From Sedimentisphaerales bacterium (GTDB lineage: Bacteria > Planctomycetota > Phycisphaerae > Sedimentisphaerales > Anaerobacaceae): DNA of 64,000 nucleotides. Location of the stretch: the NCBI GenBank assembly GCA_963708075.1, contig OY970194.1, positions 2,720,001-2,784,000 on the forward strand. The letters run 5' to 3'. This document shows positions 48,982 through 59,621 of this stretch, piece after piece (within the stretch, counting starts at the first letter, position 1; every line of letters begins with the position of its first letter). The notes beneath the pieces are model-generated. The model saw only the letters and a program-made list of their open reading frames with translations. It did not search any database and had not been told where the DNA came from. The position numbers and the translations under genes were made by a program.

Positions 48982-51401
48982 AACCTGCAGAGCACATAGA
49001 GAAGCTGATCCGAAGGCTGAACGTCGAGCCCAGCGCCGAAATGCGTGAGCGGACACTTGCGGATATGGTGACGGCACACGTCAGAGGAAGCCCAATCCGG
49101 ATTTCGAGATTCCTTCCGTTCGGTGCGGTGGCCGCCGGCTTTGTGCTGCTGGGCCTGCTTGGGGCGGCCGTCCTTTATAAAGCCGCCACGCCGGCCTATG
49201 CCGTCGAGCAGACGGTCGCTGCGATCAAGAAAGTCCCGGTAGTCCACATCCTCGGCAGGGACTGGGACAATAAACGAATTGAAATGTGGGTCAGGGTGCA
49301 TCCGGATACGGGCTTAATGGATTCCTGCCACGTCAAATACCTCGACGACGACAGGTCCATGGTCTCAACTCCGAAGAACACATACGACTACGATAGTAAG
49401 GCGAACACTGTCCGCATCAAGGATGGGCCCAGCGTCACGTCCATCTTCTGCCTCGGTGATTTCTTCCAGGGCATGGAGCGCCTGGCCAAAACGCTCGACG
49501 GCCAGATCACCTATTCGGAAGTCACCGACCCCGGCACCAAGCGCGGTATGCTTGAACTGAAGCTGAGTTCGCCGCAGACGGAGATCATCTGCTTGATCGA
49601 TCCGAAGACCAAGCTGCCGATCAGCATTCACGCCACTCGGGGGGGACGGTACGGCTCCTACGATATCCTCAAGCATGCCACGGAAATCTATTACAGCGAT
49701 ACCCCGCCGGAGGGGATGTTCGACTTCACCATCCCGGACGGCGCCAACGTCTCCGTGGAGACGTCGGAAGACCCGCTCCAGAGCTTGCCGGTGAGCGTCC
49801 TGCGATACTGCGGCGAGTTCCACGTCAAGACGGTCCAGGAGTTGGCAAAGCCCCGGAATATTGGCGTGAACACGCGCATGTATTTCATCGACAGCGAGTT
49901 CAATCTCCACGATGGTGCGTTCGTGGGGATCTACAACGACTCGAACGAGGTCTGGAAGGGTGAGATTGGCGTCTTCAATGTCGATCCGCCGCAAATGGCG
50001 ATGTTTGATGCGGCCACAGGAAAGAAGCAGCAGATCCGCCTGGTGCAGCACAGGCAGTCCCCGCCGGGTCGATTCAGGGTTTACTGGCAGTTCGAGGAGC
50101 CCTTGGCCCCTGGCCAGACGCGGTATGGCATCTTCTGGACAAGTGAACTGAAGAAGTTGCCAAGCGCGTCAAGCGATGGCGCTCGCTCGTTGACCATGCG
50201 CAATCGGCTCGGTTGCGAAGGAATCGAGAACTTCATGCTCATTGTGCCGAAAGGGATTGACGTCCACAACTGCTCCAGGCCATTCGAGTTGGATGGGGAT
50301 GTGGACGACTACAGGGTGTATACCTGGCAGCGGCAGCTCCCCGCCGAGATGATCGTCAACCAGGTCGATGTCGCCCTGTCGCGTCCATCTGCGGACTACT
50401 CGAACGACTACATCCGCGACAACACCGGCAAGGTCCTCGTCGAGATCCCCGAGGTATTCGAGCTGGCCAATATTGCCATCGCCATTTCGGAAGTCGGGCT
50501 CAAGGACCCGTACAAGGTGAACAAACGTGGTGATTACTACCAGCGAGTGCTCAAGCATTTTCTGCCGTTCAAGGACCATCCCCTGATTGCCCAGCCTGCG
50601 CTGCATCACAACTATGGCTATATGTTCCGCGACAACAGCCTCTGTTATGCCTTCGAGGGGGATAAGATCATCACCACGGGACCCTATCGCAATATTCGCC
50701 GGCCCGATTTGTTCGGGCAGCAACTCGCACAGGCGCAGGATTTCGCCAACGTGAGCGGTTTCAGGCAGTTCTATCGGGACAATCTTCCCTTCTATCAGCA
50801 GCAGATCGAGCTCTACCGACAGAAGGCTCCGCTCCAGAAGATGTGGACGTGGCTGGAGGAACGGTTCCCCGCCAGGCACGATTGCTACAAGGTGGTATTC
50901 TCCCCCCTGCTCGGCGCCTCCCACGAGACGTGCTGCTTCGCGAGAAAGGGTTTCAGCGAAACCATCATGTTCGTCAGCGGTCCCGACGACTCCGCCGAGA
51001 CCTCCAACAGAGGCGAGGACGGTCTTCTTTCCCGGAGCGTGTTCACTGAGATCGACCACAACTACGTCAACGCGATCACCGCGCAGTATATCGATCAGGT
51101 GAACAAGGCCCTTGCCGATCTGGACAAGTGGGGCCGGGACACCGGATACGGGTCGCCTGAGATGACGTTCAACGAGTACATGACCTGGGCGGTGTTCATC
51201 CTGTACGCCTATGACACCTATGAGACCCAGTACTTCGAGGCGATCAAGCAGCATGTGATTCGCCAGATGATCGAGGGGCGGGGATTCATCCGATTCGGGG
51301 AATTCACCGGAGAGTTGCTGCGGCTTTATCGCGGTCGTACTCCGGGCCAGTCCATCCCTGATCTGTACCCGGCCATTCTCGACTGGGCTCGAAACAACTG
51401 A
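48978..51401 (+). CDS. Putative anti-sigma membrane protein with C-terminal DUF4932-like domain
   Basis: Coupled to the sigma gene (ATGA overlap); short cytoplasmic N-terminus, one TM, LolA-like region; EIPEVFELANI..YYQRVLKHFLPFKDHPLI..TEIDHNYVN. Confidence 0.7.
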   Translation: MKPAEHIEKLIRRLNVEPSAEMRERTLADMVTAHVRGSPIRISRFLPFGAVAAGFVLLGLLGAAVLYKAATPAYAVEQTVAAIKKVPVVHILGRDWDNKRIEMWVRVHPDTGLMDSCHVKYLDDDRSMVSTPKNTYDYDSKANTVRIKDGPSVTSIFCLGDFFQGMERLAKTLDGQITYSEVTDPGTKRGMLELKLSSPQTEIICLIDPKTKLPISIHATRGGRYGSYDILKHATEIYYSDTPPEGMFDFTIPDGANVSVETSEDPLQSLPVSVLRYCGEFHVKTVQELAKPRNIGVNTRMYFIDSEFNLHDGAFVGIYNDSNEVWKGEIGVFNVDPPQMAMFDAATGKKQQIRLVQHRQSPPGRFRVYWQFEEPLAPGQTRYGIFWTSELKKLPSASSDGARSLTMRNRLGCEGIENFMLIVPKGIDVHNCSRPFELDGDVDDYRVYTWQRQLPAEMIVNQVDVALSRPSADYSNDYIRDNTGKVLVEIPEVFELANIAIAISEVGLKDPYKVNKRGDYYQRVLKHFLPFKDHPLIAQPALHHNYGYMFRDNSLCYAFEGDKIITTGPYRNIRRPDLFGQQLAQAQDFANVSGFRQFYRDNLPFYQQQIELYRQKAPLQKMWTWLEERFPARHDCYKVVFSPLLGASHETCCFARKGFSETIMFVSGPDDSAETSNRGEDGLLSRSVFTEIDHNYVNAITAQYIDQVNKALADLDKWGRDTGYGSPEMTFNEYMTWAVFILYAYDTYETQYFEAIKQHVIRQMIEGRGFIRFGEFTGELLRLYRGRTPGQSIPDLYPAILDWARNN

Positions 51402-51470
51402 TGCCGATTTTACTCCACGGGAGCCGGCTGAGTGAGAGTCGAGATGCGAGCAAGGAGAAAGGAACTGAAT

Positions 51471-53211
51471 ATGCGGAGTTCTACGGCGAGAATGATTGTA
51501 GTTATCACCCTTGTTTGTTCCTGGGAATTCCATCTTTCAACTTGCCTGGCTGCGGAGCCTCAGGAGCATGTCACGACGAAGCGGCCTTATGTCCTCAACA
51601 CTGACGTGGTCATCACGCTTGAAAAAGGCCGGACCGTACAACTGGACTTTGCAGCAAATCCTTACGGCCTGGAGAAGTATGTCCTCTCCTATTTCGAGGA
51701 AGCCGGTACGGAAATCATCGGGGGCGACGGCTACGTGGCTGATGGCCAACGCACCCGTGGCGGCAGTCGAATCGATCTGGACGGGGCGATTCGACAGATT
51801 GGGCACACGCCATGCCTGGCCATCGCCAGGTGGAACGTCCGCGAGGGGAAGGCTCACATCGACTTCTGCGTCAGTGACAACCTTGAACGAAACCATCGCG
51901 AGTACCGCCAGTATAGTGCCGGCAACAAGAATATGAGCATACAGTATAGAGAACCGACAGCTTATCCCTGCGATCGAGCTGTCGGAGGCGGAACGTCTGG
52001 CGGGCTTCATTCGTCTCTGGAGCGAAGCCAAGTTCAACTTCGTCTTCTGGGAGCGCGTCCCGGACGTTGACTGGGACGCGGTGCTTCTCGAGTATCTGCC
52101 CAAGGTTCAGGAAGCGAAGACCGACGTTGAATACTACCGGGTACTGAAGCGATGCATCGCCCTGCTGCGCGACGGTCACACCAGCGTCTGGGGCCCGTCG
52201 GGCGAGCCGGGGTGTCGGCCGCCCGTGGAGATTGCCGCCGTGCAAGGCAAGGCGGTCATCGTCCAGGTCTATCCGGCCGAACAGATCAAATCGCCGGAAC
52301 TGAAAGCAGAACTGCTTGCCGCCCGTCTCACACGTGGCGACGAGATCACACACATTGACAGTCGACCCGTTGAAGAAATTCTGACCAATGACTTGTATCC
52401 CTATGTCGCTGCTTCTACCGTGCAACAGAAGGAGCTTCAAGTGTACCCGCAATTGGCCAGAGGCGAGCCTGCAACCAAGGCGACCATGCGCATTCGCGAT
52501 TCAGAGGGGACCGAGCGAGAAGTCCGTCTGACAAGAGGATACTACAGCTTCCCGCACGAGGAGAAGCCGTTCCTGCGAGACTTGCCCGGCGAGATCGTCC
52601 TTATCAGCCTGAATTCCTTCGACTCCGATGGCACTATCCAACAGTTCGAGGGAGCGTTCGACAAGGTCCTGGCGGCCAAAGGATTGATTCTCGATCTGCG
52701 TGATAACGGCGGCGGCAATTCGGGCATCGGCTATGCGATACTGAAGAAGTTGATCGACAAGCCCGTGGCGGGATCGCGTTGGAAGACACGCCGGTACCTG
52801 CCGGCATTTCGAGCCTGGGGTCGCAAGGAAGAATGGCATGAGGGCGATCACGGCACGATCGAACCGTCCAAGGGCCCACGGTACCAGGGTCCCGTGGTCG
52901 TCCTGACGGGTCCGGCCACTGCAAGTGCTGCGGAGGATTTCGTAGTGGCGTTTCAGACCAGTGCTCGCGGCAAAGTCGTCGGACGCAGGACCCTGGGTTC
53001 CACGGGGCAACCCCTCACGATCAAGCTGCCCGGCGGAGGCGGGGCCCGCATCTGCACCAAGTGGGACACATATCCGGATGGACGCGAGTTCGTGGGCACC
53101 GGCTGCATTCCCGATGTGGAGGTGGCCCTCACAAGAGCGGACATCGCCGCCGGACGAGACGTCGTGCTTGAAAGAGCCCTGGCGGTGCTCCGCGAGCAGC
53201 CAACTCCATGA
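51471..53211 (+). CDS. S41 family peptidase with N-terminal extension (frameshift near 51970)
   Basis: LSEAERLAGFIRLWSEAKFNF upstream and in frame with ORF 52081; LRDGHT, PDZ-like region, LDLRDNGGGNS, TASAAEDF, GSTG, PDVEV; signal peptide in ORF 51432..52070. Confidence 0.85.
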
Positions 53212-53338
53212 AGCAACCTGCATCGTTGCCGCGGATAGAATGACGTTGCAGTCCCCAACCTGCCGGATTATCCTACGGGGCAATGGATAGGCGGCTATCC
53301 AGGCAGTTCTCCAGTACTCCAAAGGCAAGGAGGAAAAC

Positions 53339-55177
53339 ATGAAGGGAGCCCTGGCGGTCTTTGCATTGGTTCTTGTGACCTCGACAGTCGGCGCCGCTCA
53401 GCGCGACAAGCTGCTTGAGATTCCTGAAGTGTCGCGAGATCAGGTGATCTGCTTTGCACTCTACACCGTGCACAACAACGTCATGAAGATGACGGCCCAG
53501 CTTTACCCGCTCAAGGAAGGCGAGGCGAGGACTGTGCGGCTTGAGACCCGCGCGGACGGCCAGTGGCGGCAGACCGCGGAATCGCTTGTGATCGAGAGGG
53601 GCTGGACGACGCACTTCCGCATCGAGGGCTGGGATTCGACCAAAGACATTGAGTACCGGCTTCGACACGGCAAGGCGGCGGAATATGCCGGCGTCATCCG
53701 CAGGGACCCTGTGGACAAGGACGTGATCATGGTCGCCGCGTTCACAGGCAATTCGATCTATCCCGGCCACGGCGGCGATATCCCCAAGAGCGACATCGTG
53801 GAGAATCTCACGAAGGGCAAGCCGGACCTGCTGTTCTTCTCCGGCGACCAGGTCTACGACCACAACCGCCACTACGCCTACTGGCTCAAATTCGGCCGCG
53901 ATTTCGGCGAGATCATTCGCAATACGCCGACCGTCACGATCCCCGACGATCATGACGTCGGCCATCCCAACCTCTGGGGACAGGGCGGCAAAAAGTCGCT
54001 CCGCGCCAATGGCGACGATGGCGGATACTTCAAGCCCATCGAGTACGTGCAGGAGGTCGAGCGGGCGCAGACGAGCCATCTGCCCGACCCCTTCGATCCG
54101 ACGCCCGTCCAGCGAGGCATCGGCGTGTACTACACGGCCCTGACGGTCGGCCGGATCAACTTCGCCATCATCGAGGACCGTAAGTTCAAGACCGGCCCGG
54201 CGAGCGTCCTGCCCGACGATCCATGGCGGCCGAAACGGCCCGATCACGTCTCCGTCCGGGACTACGACCCGCAGGCGCTCGACGTGCCCGAAGCCGAGTT
54301 GCTCGGCGAGCGGCAGATCAGGTTCCTGCGACAATGGGCGGCCGACTGGCACGACTGCGACATGAAGGCGGTGCTCTCGCAGACGATCTTCGCCGGCGGG
54401 GCGCACCTGCACGGCACACGGGACAATCGACTGTACGTCGATCTCGACTCGAACGGCTGGCCGCAAACCGGCCGCAACAACGCCCTCATCGAGATGCGCA
54501 AGGCCTTCGCCCCGCACATCGCCGGCGACCAGCACCTGGCCACGATCATCCATCATGGCGTCAACGACTGGAACGATTCATGCTACTCGTTCTGTGTACC
54601 GTCGATCGCGAACCTGTATCTGCGCTGGTGGGCGCCGCTGGAGCCCGGCAGAAATCGCGAGCCCGGGATGCCCGACTATCTCGGGGAGTTCAAGGACGGG
54701 CTGGGCAACAAGATCACCATGCTGGCCGTGGCCAACCCCAGCCCCGAGGAGAACCACGACAAGTTGACCACGCGGGCCGCCGGCTTCGGTATCGTGAAAT
54801 TCAACAGAAAGACGCGAGAGATCACGATGGAATGCTGGCCGCGCAATGTGGATATTACGGCGCCGGATAGCCGGCCCTATCCCGGCTGGCCGAGAACGAT
54901 CCATCAGCTTGACAACTACGGGCGAAAGGCCGTGGGATATCTGCCCACGATCAAGGTCGAGGGCATGAGCGATCCCGTCCTCCAAGTCATCGATGAGGAA
55001 ACGGATGAGATCGTTTACACGTTGCGGGTCAGCGGCACGGAGTTCCGGCCGAAGGTCTTCAAGGCCGCGACGTACACGATCAAAGTGGGTGAGCCCGGCA
55101 AGGACCGGGTCAAGGTGCTCAAAGGCATCGAGTCTTCAGGCATGAATGACACGAGAACAGTGGAGGTGTCGATGTAG
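53339..55177 (+). CDS. PhoD-like metallophosphoesterase
   Basis: Signal peptide; FSGDQVY, IPDDHDVG, EDRKFK, LLGERQ, DSNGWP, GDQH. Confidence 0.85.
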   Translation: MKGALAVFALVLVTSTVGAAQRDKLLEIPEVSRDQVICFALYTVHNNVMKMTAQLYPLKEGEARTVRLETRADGQWRQTAESLVIERGWTTHFRIEGWDSTKDIEYRLRHGKAAEYAGVIRRDPVDKDVIMVAAFTGNSIYPGHGGDIPKSDIVENLTKGKPDLLFFSGDQVYDHNRHYAYWLKFGRDFGEIIRNTPTVTIPDDHDVGHPNLWGQGGKKSLRANGDDGGYFKPIEYVQEVERAQTSHLPDPFDPTPVQRGIGVYYTALTVGRINFAIIEDRKFKTGPASVLPDDPWRPKRPDHVSVRDYDPQALDVPEAELLGERQIRFLRQWAADWHDCDMKAVLSQTIFAGGAHLHGTRDNRLYVDLDSNGWPQTGRNNALIEMRKAFAPHIAGDQHLATIIHHGVNDWNDSCYSFCVPSIANLYLRWWAPLEPGRNREPGMPDYLGEFKDGLGNKITMLAVANPSPEENHDKLTTRAAGFGIVKFNRKTREITMECWPRNVDITAPDSRPYPGWPRTIHQLDNYGRKAVGYLPTIKVEGMSDPVLQVIDEETDEIVYTLRVSGTEFRPKVFKAATYTIKVGEPGKDRVKVLKGIESSGMNDTRTVEVSM

Positions 55178-55324
55178 AGCGGCAGGTGCGGGAAGGCCTG
55201 ACAAATAAGAATGGCCGCGGATCATTGCTGGCCCGCGGCCGACTCTCTCCTGCTTGATTTCTTACGGCAACTTCGGCGGATGGCCGCCCAAGTCCCCTGC
55301 AGCCCCTCGGCGAGGTGAACGTTG

Positions 55325-55603
55325 TCACCCTTGTTTCTCTGACTGCAGGTGCGCCTCTTCCACCTTTTCCTTGATCCTTTGTGCCGTCCGCATCGCCGCC
55401 TCCTTACCCAGGTCGACGCACTTGTGTATTCCGGAGTTCACACTCGCGACGATCTTGTCCGAGGTCAGCGCCGGACCGAACAGCCCTTTCCCTTGAGCCG
55501 TTCCTTCTGCCGCCGGCGGCGCCGGCGCCAGGCAGTAGATCGCCGTGGCGAAGCCCGCAAAATACACGATCAGCACAAATACGAACTTCGATCTCCAGCC
55601 CAT
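55325..55603 (-). CDS. Small hypothetical membrane-anchored protein
   Basis: KFVFVLIVYFAGFATAIYCLAP; GGAAGGGG RBS. Confidence 0.7.
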   Translation of the reverse strand: MGWRSKFVFVLIVYFAGFATAIYCLAPAPPAAEGTAQGKGLFGPALTSDKIVASVNSGIHKCVDLGKEAAMRTAQRIKEKVEEAHLQSEKQG

Positions 55604-55826
55604 GGAATTCCCCCTTCCTTCCCAGGACTATGAGGTTGCTGCCCCAACCCCGTGGTTCACGTTACCCCCTACTAAATATTTACGATAAAAACGGGGAAAA
55701 GGCAAGAAAGCAAGAAGGGAAGAAGTGAGGAAGGTAAGAAGGTCAGACAGCCTCGCCCAACTCCTGCCTTCATACATTCTTATCCTCTCAACTTCCTACC
55801 TTCCTGGCACCGCGTTGGGGCGCTAA

Positions 55827-56951
55827 TTATCGGAGGCAGGTGTCGAGAATAGCTCGGAGCGTGCCGCAGACGAGGGCCACGTCCTGCTCCGTCAGATGGT
55901 TGTGAAACGGCAGTGCGATCGTCCGGCGACTCGCGGATTCCGTGATGGGGAAATCGCCCTCGCGATGGCTGTAGCGGTCGGCGATGAACGGCTGCAGGTG
56001 CACCGGCGGAAAGTAGTTGCTCACCTGGATCCCCTGCCGGCCCATCTCCCGCAGGATGGCGTCCCGCTGTCGCTGCTGGAACTGCTCGCGGAGGCGCACG
56101 ACGAAGACGAACCAGCTCAGCTCGCAGCCGTCCGGCTCGGTCGGGACGATCAGCCGGTCTTCCTCGGCGAGCATCTCCTGGTACCACGTCGCCACCTGCC
56201 GGCGCTTCGCCTTGATCTCGTCGACGCGTGAAAGCTGCGCGATGCCGAGCGCACAATTGATGTCGCTGAGCCGGAAATTATAGCCGAGCCGCTCGTGGGC
56301 CAGCCAGCCTCCTCCCTTGCCGCGGCCCTGGTTGCGGAGCGACACGCATGCGTCCGCCAGGTTGTCGTCATCCGTGAGGATCATGCCGCCCTCGCCGGTC
56401 GTGATTTGCTTATTGGGATAGAACCCGAAGACGCTCAGCGAGCCGAATGTGCCCGCTTTCTTTCCGTTCAGGGCCGAGCCGAGGGCCTCGCAGCTATCCT
56501 CGACGACAGGCAGGCCGTGCCGCTCGGCGACTTCGCAGACCCGGTCGAAGCCGGCTGGATTTCCGAACACCTCGACGGGCAGAATGGCCTTCGTCCGGCC
56601 GGTGATCGCCGCCTCGATACGCTCCGGATCGATGTTCAAGCTCACGCGATCTATATCGACGAATACCGGCTTGGCGCCTGTCATCATGATGCACGTCGTG
56701 GAGGCGATGAACGTGAAAGGCGTGGTGATGACCTCGTCGCCCGGCCCGATCCCCGATGCCAGCAGACTCAGGAACAGCCCGCTCGTGCCGCTGTTGACCG
56801 CGACAGCCCGCCGGCGGCTGATATACTCGGCGAAGGCCCGCTCAAACTCCGGCACCATCGGCCCCAGCGACAGATCCGGGCCGCGTAGCACCTGCGCCAC
56901 CCGCTCGATCTCCTTCTCCGTGATATCCGGACGAGACAGATAAATCCGCAT
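55827..56951 (-). CDS. DegT/DnrJ/EryC1/StrS aminotransferase
   Basis: AVNSGTSGL, GDEVITTPFTF, EDSCEALG, FYPNKQITTGEGG, GYNFRL. Confidence 0.95.
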   Translation of the reverse strand: MRIYLSRPDITEKEIERVAQVLRGPDLSLGPMVPEFERAFAEYISRRRAVAVNSGTSGLFLSLLASGIGPGDEVITTPFTFIASTTCIMMTGAKPVFVDIDRVSLNIDPERIEAAITGRTKAILPVEVFGNPAGFDRVCEVAERHGLPVVEDSCEALGSALNGKKAGTFGSLSVFGFYPNKQITTGEGGMILTDDDNLADACVSLRNQGRGKGGGWLAHERLGYNFRLSDINCALGIAQLSRVDEIKAKRRQVATWYQEMLAEEDRLIVPTEPDGCELSWFVFVVRLREQFQQRQRDAILREMGRQGIQVSNYFPPVHLQPFIADRYSHREGDFPITESASRRTIALPFHNHLTEQDVALVCGTLRAILDTCLR

Positions 56952-57181
56952 TGCGGTCTCCCACAGCAAACCCAACTTCTGCAATCCACCGGCATTGTAA
57001 GTCCCCCACTCTTCTAAGCCAACACATTCTCCCGGTACATCAGCCCGAGAGTCTGTCGACGTTTTGGCGGATTCAGGCCGGGTGGCAGCGGCACGCACCG
57101 GCTTGCCGATGGATTCCAACTGCTGCGGGACACCATCGGCAAGCTCCGCGGGCTCCGCTTGCCGCTGCCACCCGGCCATAG

Positions 57182-57207
57182 GTCATTCCCGCGCAGGCGG
57201 GAATCCA
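57182..57207. repeat. REP/dRS3-type palindrome ATTCCC-N8-GGGAAT
   Basis: gtcattcccgcgcaggcgggaatccag. Confidence 0.6.
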
Positions 57208-57376
57208 GAAACGTGGTGCACGGGCAAACGCGGATGGGTAGGTTTATCGGACGCGGCGGTATCCTGGAGCTTGTCCCATACGGGCAGGGCCTGAATTCCT
57301 TCGGCCTGGCTAAATGCCCCCGCCCGTACAGCCGAAGAACAATACGGAATCAATTTACAGATACGGGAACAGATAC

Positions 57377-57955
57377 ATGGCAAAAGGCAGAAATGTACTG
57401 ACAACCGGCGACGTGGCGAAAATCTGCAATGTCGCCCCGAGAACGGTCTCCAAGTGGTTCGATTCCGGCCAGCTCCGCGGGTATCGCATCCCAGGCAGCA
57501 AGGACCGCCGCATACCCGTCAATGAGTTGATCCGGTTCATGAAGGCCAATAATATGCCGACGGACATCCTGCCCGTGGGCAAGATCCGCGTCCTCGTCCT
57601 GGACGGCGAGAACGGCTCGAAATCCTCGGTGGTCGACGCCCTGACGGCCCGGGGCAGTTACGAGATTCAGGCCGTGTCCAACGGCTTCGACGCCGGCGCC
57701 GCCGTGCAAAGGTTCGCGCCCCACGTGATCCTGATCAACCTGCTCGTCCGAGACATCGACGCGCACGGCATCTGCAGGAGCATCCGCGGCAGCGAAGAGC
57801 ACGGCACGATCAAGATCATTGCCCTGGCCAACTGCCTGAGCCCACAGGAGGCCGCCGCCCTGATGCAAAAAGGCTTCGACGGCTATGTCTCGAATCCAAC
57901 CGACGTAATGGAAGTCGTCAAGAAGATCGAGGAAGCCACCGCGATCATCTACTGA
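57377..57955 (+). CDS. Response regulator-like protein with N-terminal excisionase-type HTH
   Basis: LTTGDVAKICNVAPRTVSKWFDSGQLRGYRIPGSKDRRIP plus a C-terminal receiver-like domain. Confidence 0.88.
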   Translation: MAKGRNVLTTGDVAKICNVAPRTVSKWFDSGQLRGYRIPGSKDRRIPVNELIRFMKANNMPTDILPVGKIRVLVLDGENGSKSSVVDALTARGSYEIQAVSNGFDAGAAVQRFAPHVILINLLVRDIDAHGICRSIRGSEEHGTIKIIALANCLSPQEAAALMQKGFDGYVSNPTDVMEVVKKIEEATAIIY

Positions 57956-58098
57956 TTGCGGACAGAGATCAGATGGCAGCCAGACACAACCTGCCGACTG
58001 GGCGACCGTGAGGCCATTCCAGCCTCCACTCCCCGGTCGTCTCGCACGTGCAGCCTATCATGCCCCCTGCCGGTCAAAAGCAGGAACGGGCCGAACGA

Positions 58099-58950
58099 TC
58101 AATAGTCCTTGTACTTTCGCAGCCACTGGGGCCAGTAATCGGGCTGAGCTCCACCGAGTCTGGTCCAGGCGCCCGATGTATCGTATTCGCGATGCCACCG
58201 CAGGGTCCACAATTCCTTAAGGCCGACGTGCCGGACCGACCAATCCGCAAAGGCAAGATTCGTCCAGCCGTTGTGCCGGTCGATACAGAACTGGTTCATC
58301 TCGCCGGCGGTCCCCTTGTCCCCCCAGCCGGAGTCCCACGGTGTCTGCATCGGCTCATCGGTGTGCTGAGGCCAAGCATCGTGCCAGGTGTTATCCCCGA
58401 GGACCGGGACCTGGTTGGGAGTCTTGAGGTTCTGTGCGGACTTCCAGAACCACTTAACGCTGCGGTTGCCGTTAGTGCGGTCCTGGAGTTGGTAGTCGAT
58501 CCAATTGTTGGTGCCGTAGCTGCCGGTCCAGTTTATTTCGGGGCCCTCGCTCGAAGCCGGGTAACGATTGCCCATCGGGTCCGTGCGCCACGCCTTGAAT
58601 GTACCGAAATCCGCAAGGCTCAAGACAACGCGGGTGGCCGTGGGACAGAACCGCATCTCGTCATCGACGTAATAGGGCCGCAGGGCATTCATCCACAAAC
58701 CATACGTGGCTGGCCGGCCCGCATTTTGCGGGTGCTGGTTGTAGCCCTGGCCTTCGGGGAAGTATCCGCTGTTATCATCGGTGTACAACTTGTATTGCAT
58801 CCCCCAGCTCCTGAGCCTGGACATGCAGGCGACGGACTGGGCCTGCTTCTTAACGCGGGACAGGGCGGGCATGAGGATCGACATCAGGAGTGCGATAATG
58901 GCGATGACCACCAGGAGTTCGATGAGGGTAAAACCCTTGCGTCGGATCAT
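58099..58950 (-). CDS. Prepilin-type N-terminal cleavage/methylation domain protein (DUF1559-like)
   Basis: KGFTLIELLVVIAIIALLMSILMPAL..ACMSRLR; C-terminal RHNGWTNLAFADWS (H-X9-DG variant). Confidence 0.92.
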   Translation of the reverse strand: MIRRKGFTLIELLVVIAIIALLMSILMPALSRVKKQAQSVACMSRLRSWGMQYKLYTDDNSGYFPEGQGYNQHPQNAGRPATYGLWMNALRPYYVDDEMRFCPTATRVVLSLADFGTFKAWRTDPMGNRYPASSEGPEINWTGSYGTNNWIDYQLQDRTNGNRSVKWFWKSAQNLKTPNQVPVLGDNTWHDAWPQHTDEPMQTPWDSGWGDKGTAGEMNQFCIDRHNGWTNLAFADWSVRHVGLKELWTLRWHREYDTSGAWTRLGGAQPDYWPQWLRKYKDY

Positions 58951-59055
58951 GGATCATTCCCTTTCCGGTGCTGCAGTTGTCGGCTGATACGATATAGGCG
59001 TCGGTATGACTTACTATATCACATGGCCGGCAGGCATGCAAGGTCCCGCCTGGCG

Positions 59056-59595
59056 TCATTTCTTGCGTTCCTGGAGCATGCGGGTCTGGAGACGGATGAG
59101 GGTCTGGGGCGTGACCGTGCGCGCGGATAGATCGCCGAGAATCACGCCGTACTTGCCATCCGGCGTCGGCCAGTACATCAGGATGGCATACTGATCGTTG
59201 AGATCCGCACGGTCGCCGCAAAAGACCACGTCCCGGCCCTGGGCGGCCAGCTCATCCCGGAATTTCGCCAACCCCGGCAGGACGTCCGCCCGATAGGCTT
59301 TTTCGCCGCCGAGAGCGTACTTCAGGAACAGCTTGCCATCCTGGTACATGTGCACGCCATCGGCGTCCCGTCCGCCGAAGAAGGCTCCGATCAGAAAGAC
59401 GGCCGCCAGGATCGCGGCGGCGGCCGCTATACGGCTGACACGCAGGTCGACGATGATGTTGATCGTGTCCATGCGGTGCGCGTAAAGCCGATGAGGTATC
59501 CGGCTCTTGATCTCCTGGGCCAGACCGGGCCTTGCCTGCTCGATCAACCGCCCGGGCAGAACCTTCAGCATTTCTTCAAGTTCTCTCTTTTCCAT
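59056..59595 (-). CDS. Putative anti-sigma factor (single TM)
   Basis: Directly downstream of the ECF sigma gene; RIAAAAAILAAVFLIGAFF TM segment. Confidence 0.65.
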   Translation of the reverse strand: MEKRELEEMLKVLPGRLIEQARPGLAQEIKSRIPHRLYAHRMDTINIIVDLRVSRIAAAAAILAAVFLIGAFFGGRDADGVHMYQDGKLFLKYALGGEKAYRADVLPGLAKFRDELAAQGRDVVFCGDRADLNDQYAILMYWPTPDGKYGVILGDLSARTVTPQTLIRLQTRMLQERKK

Positions 59596-59621
59596 AGTGG
59601 CCTTACCCGAATAGGAGAACC

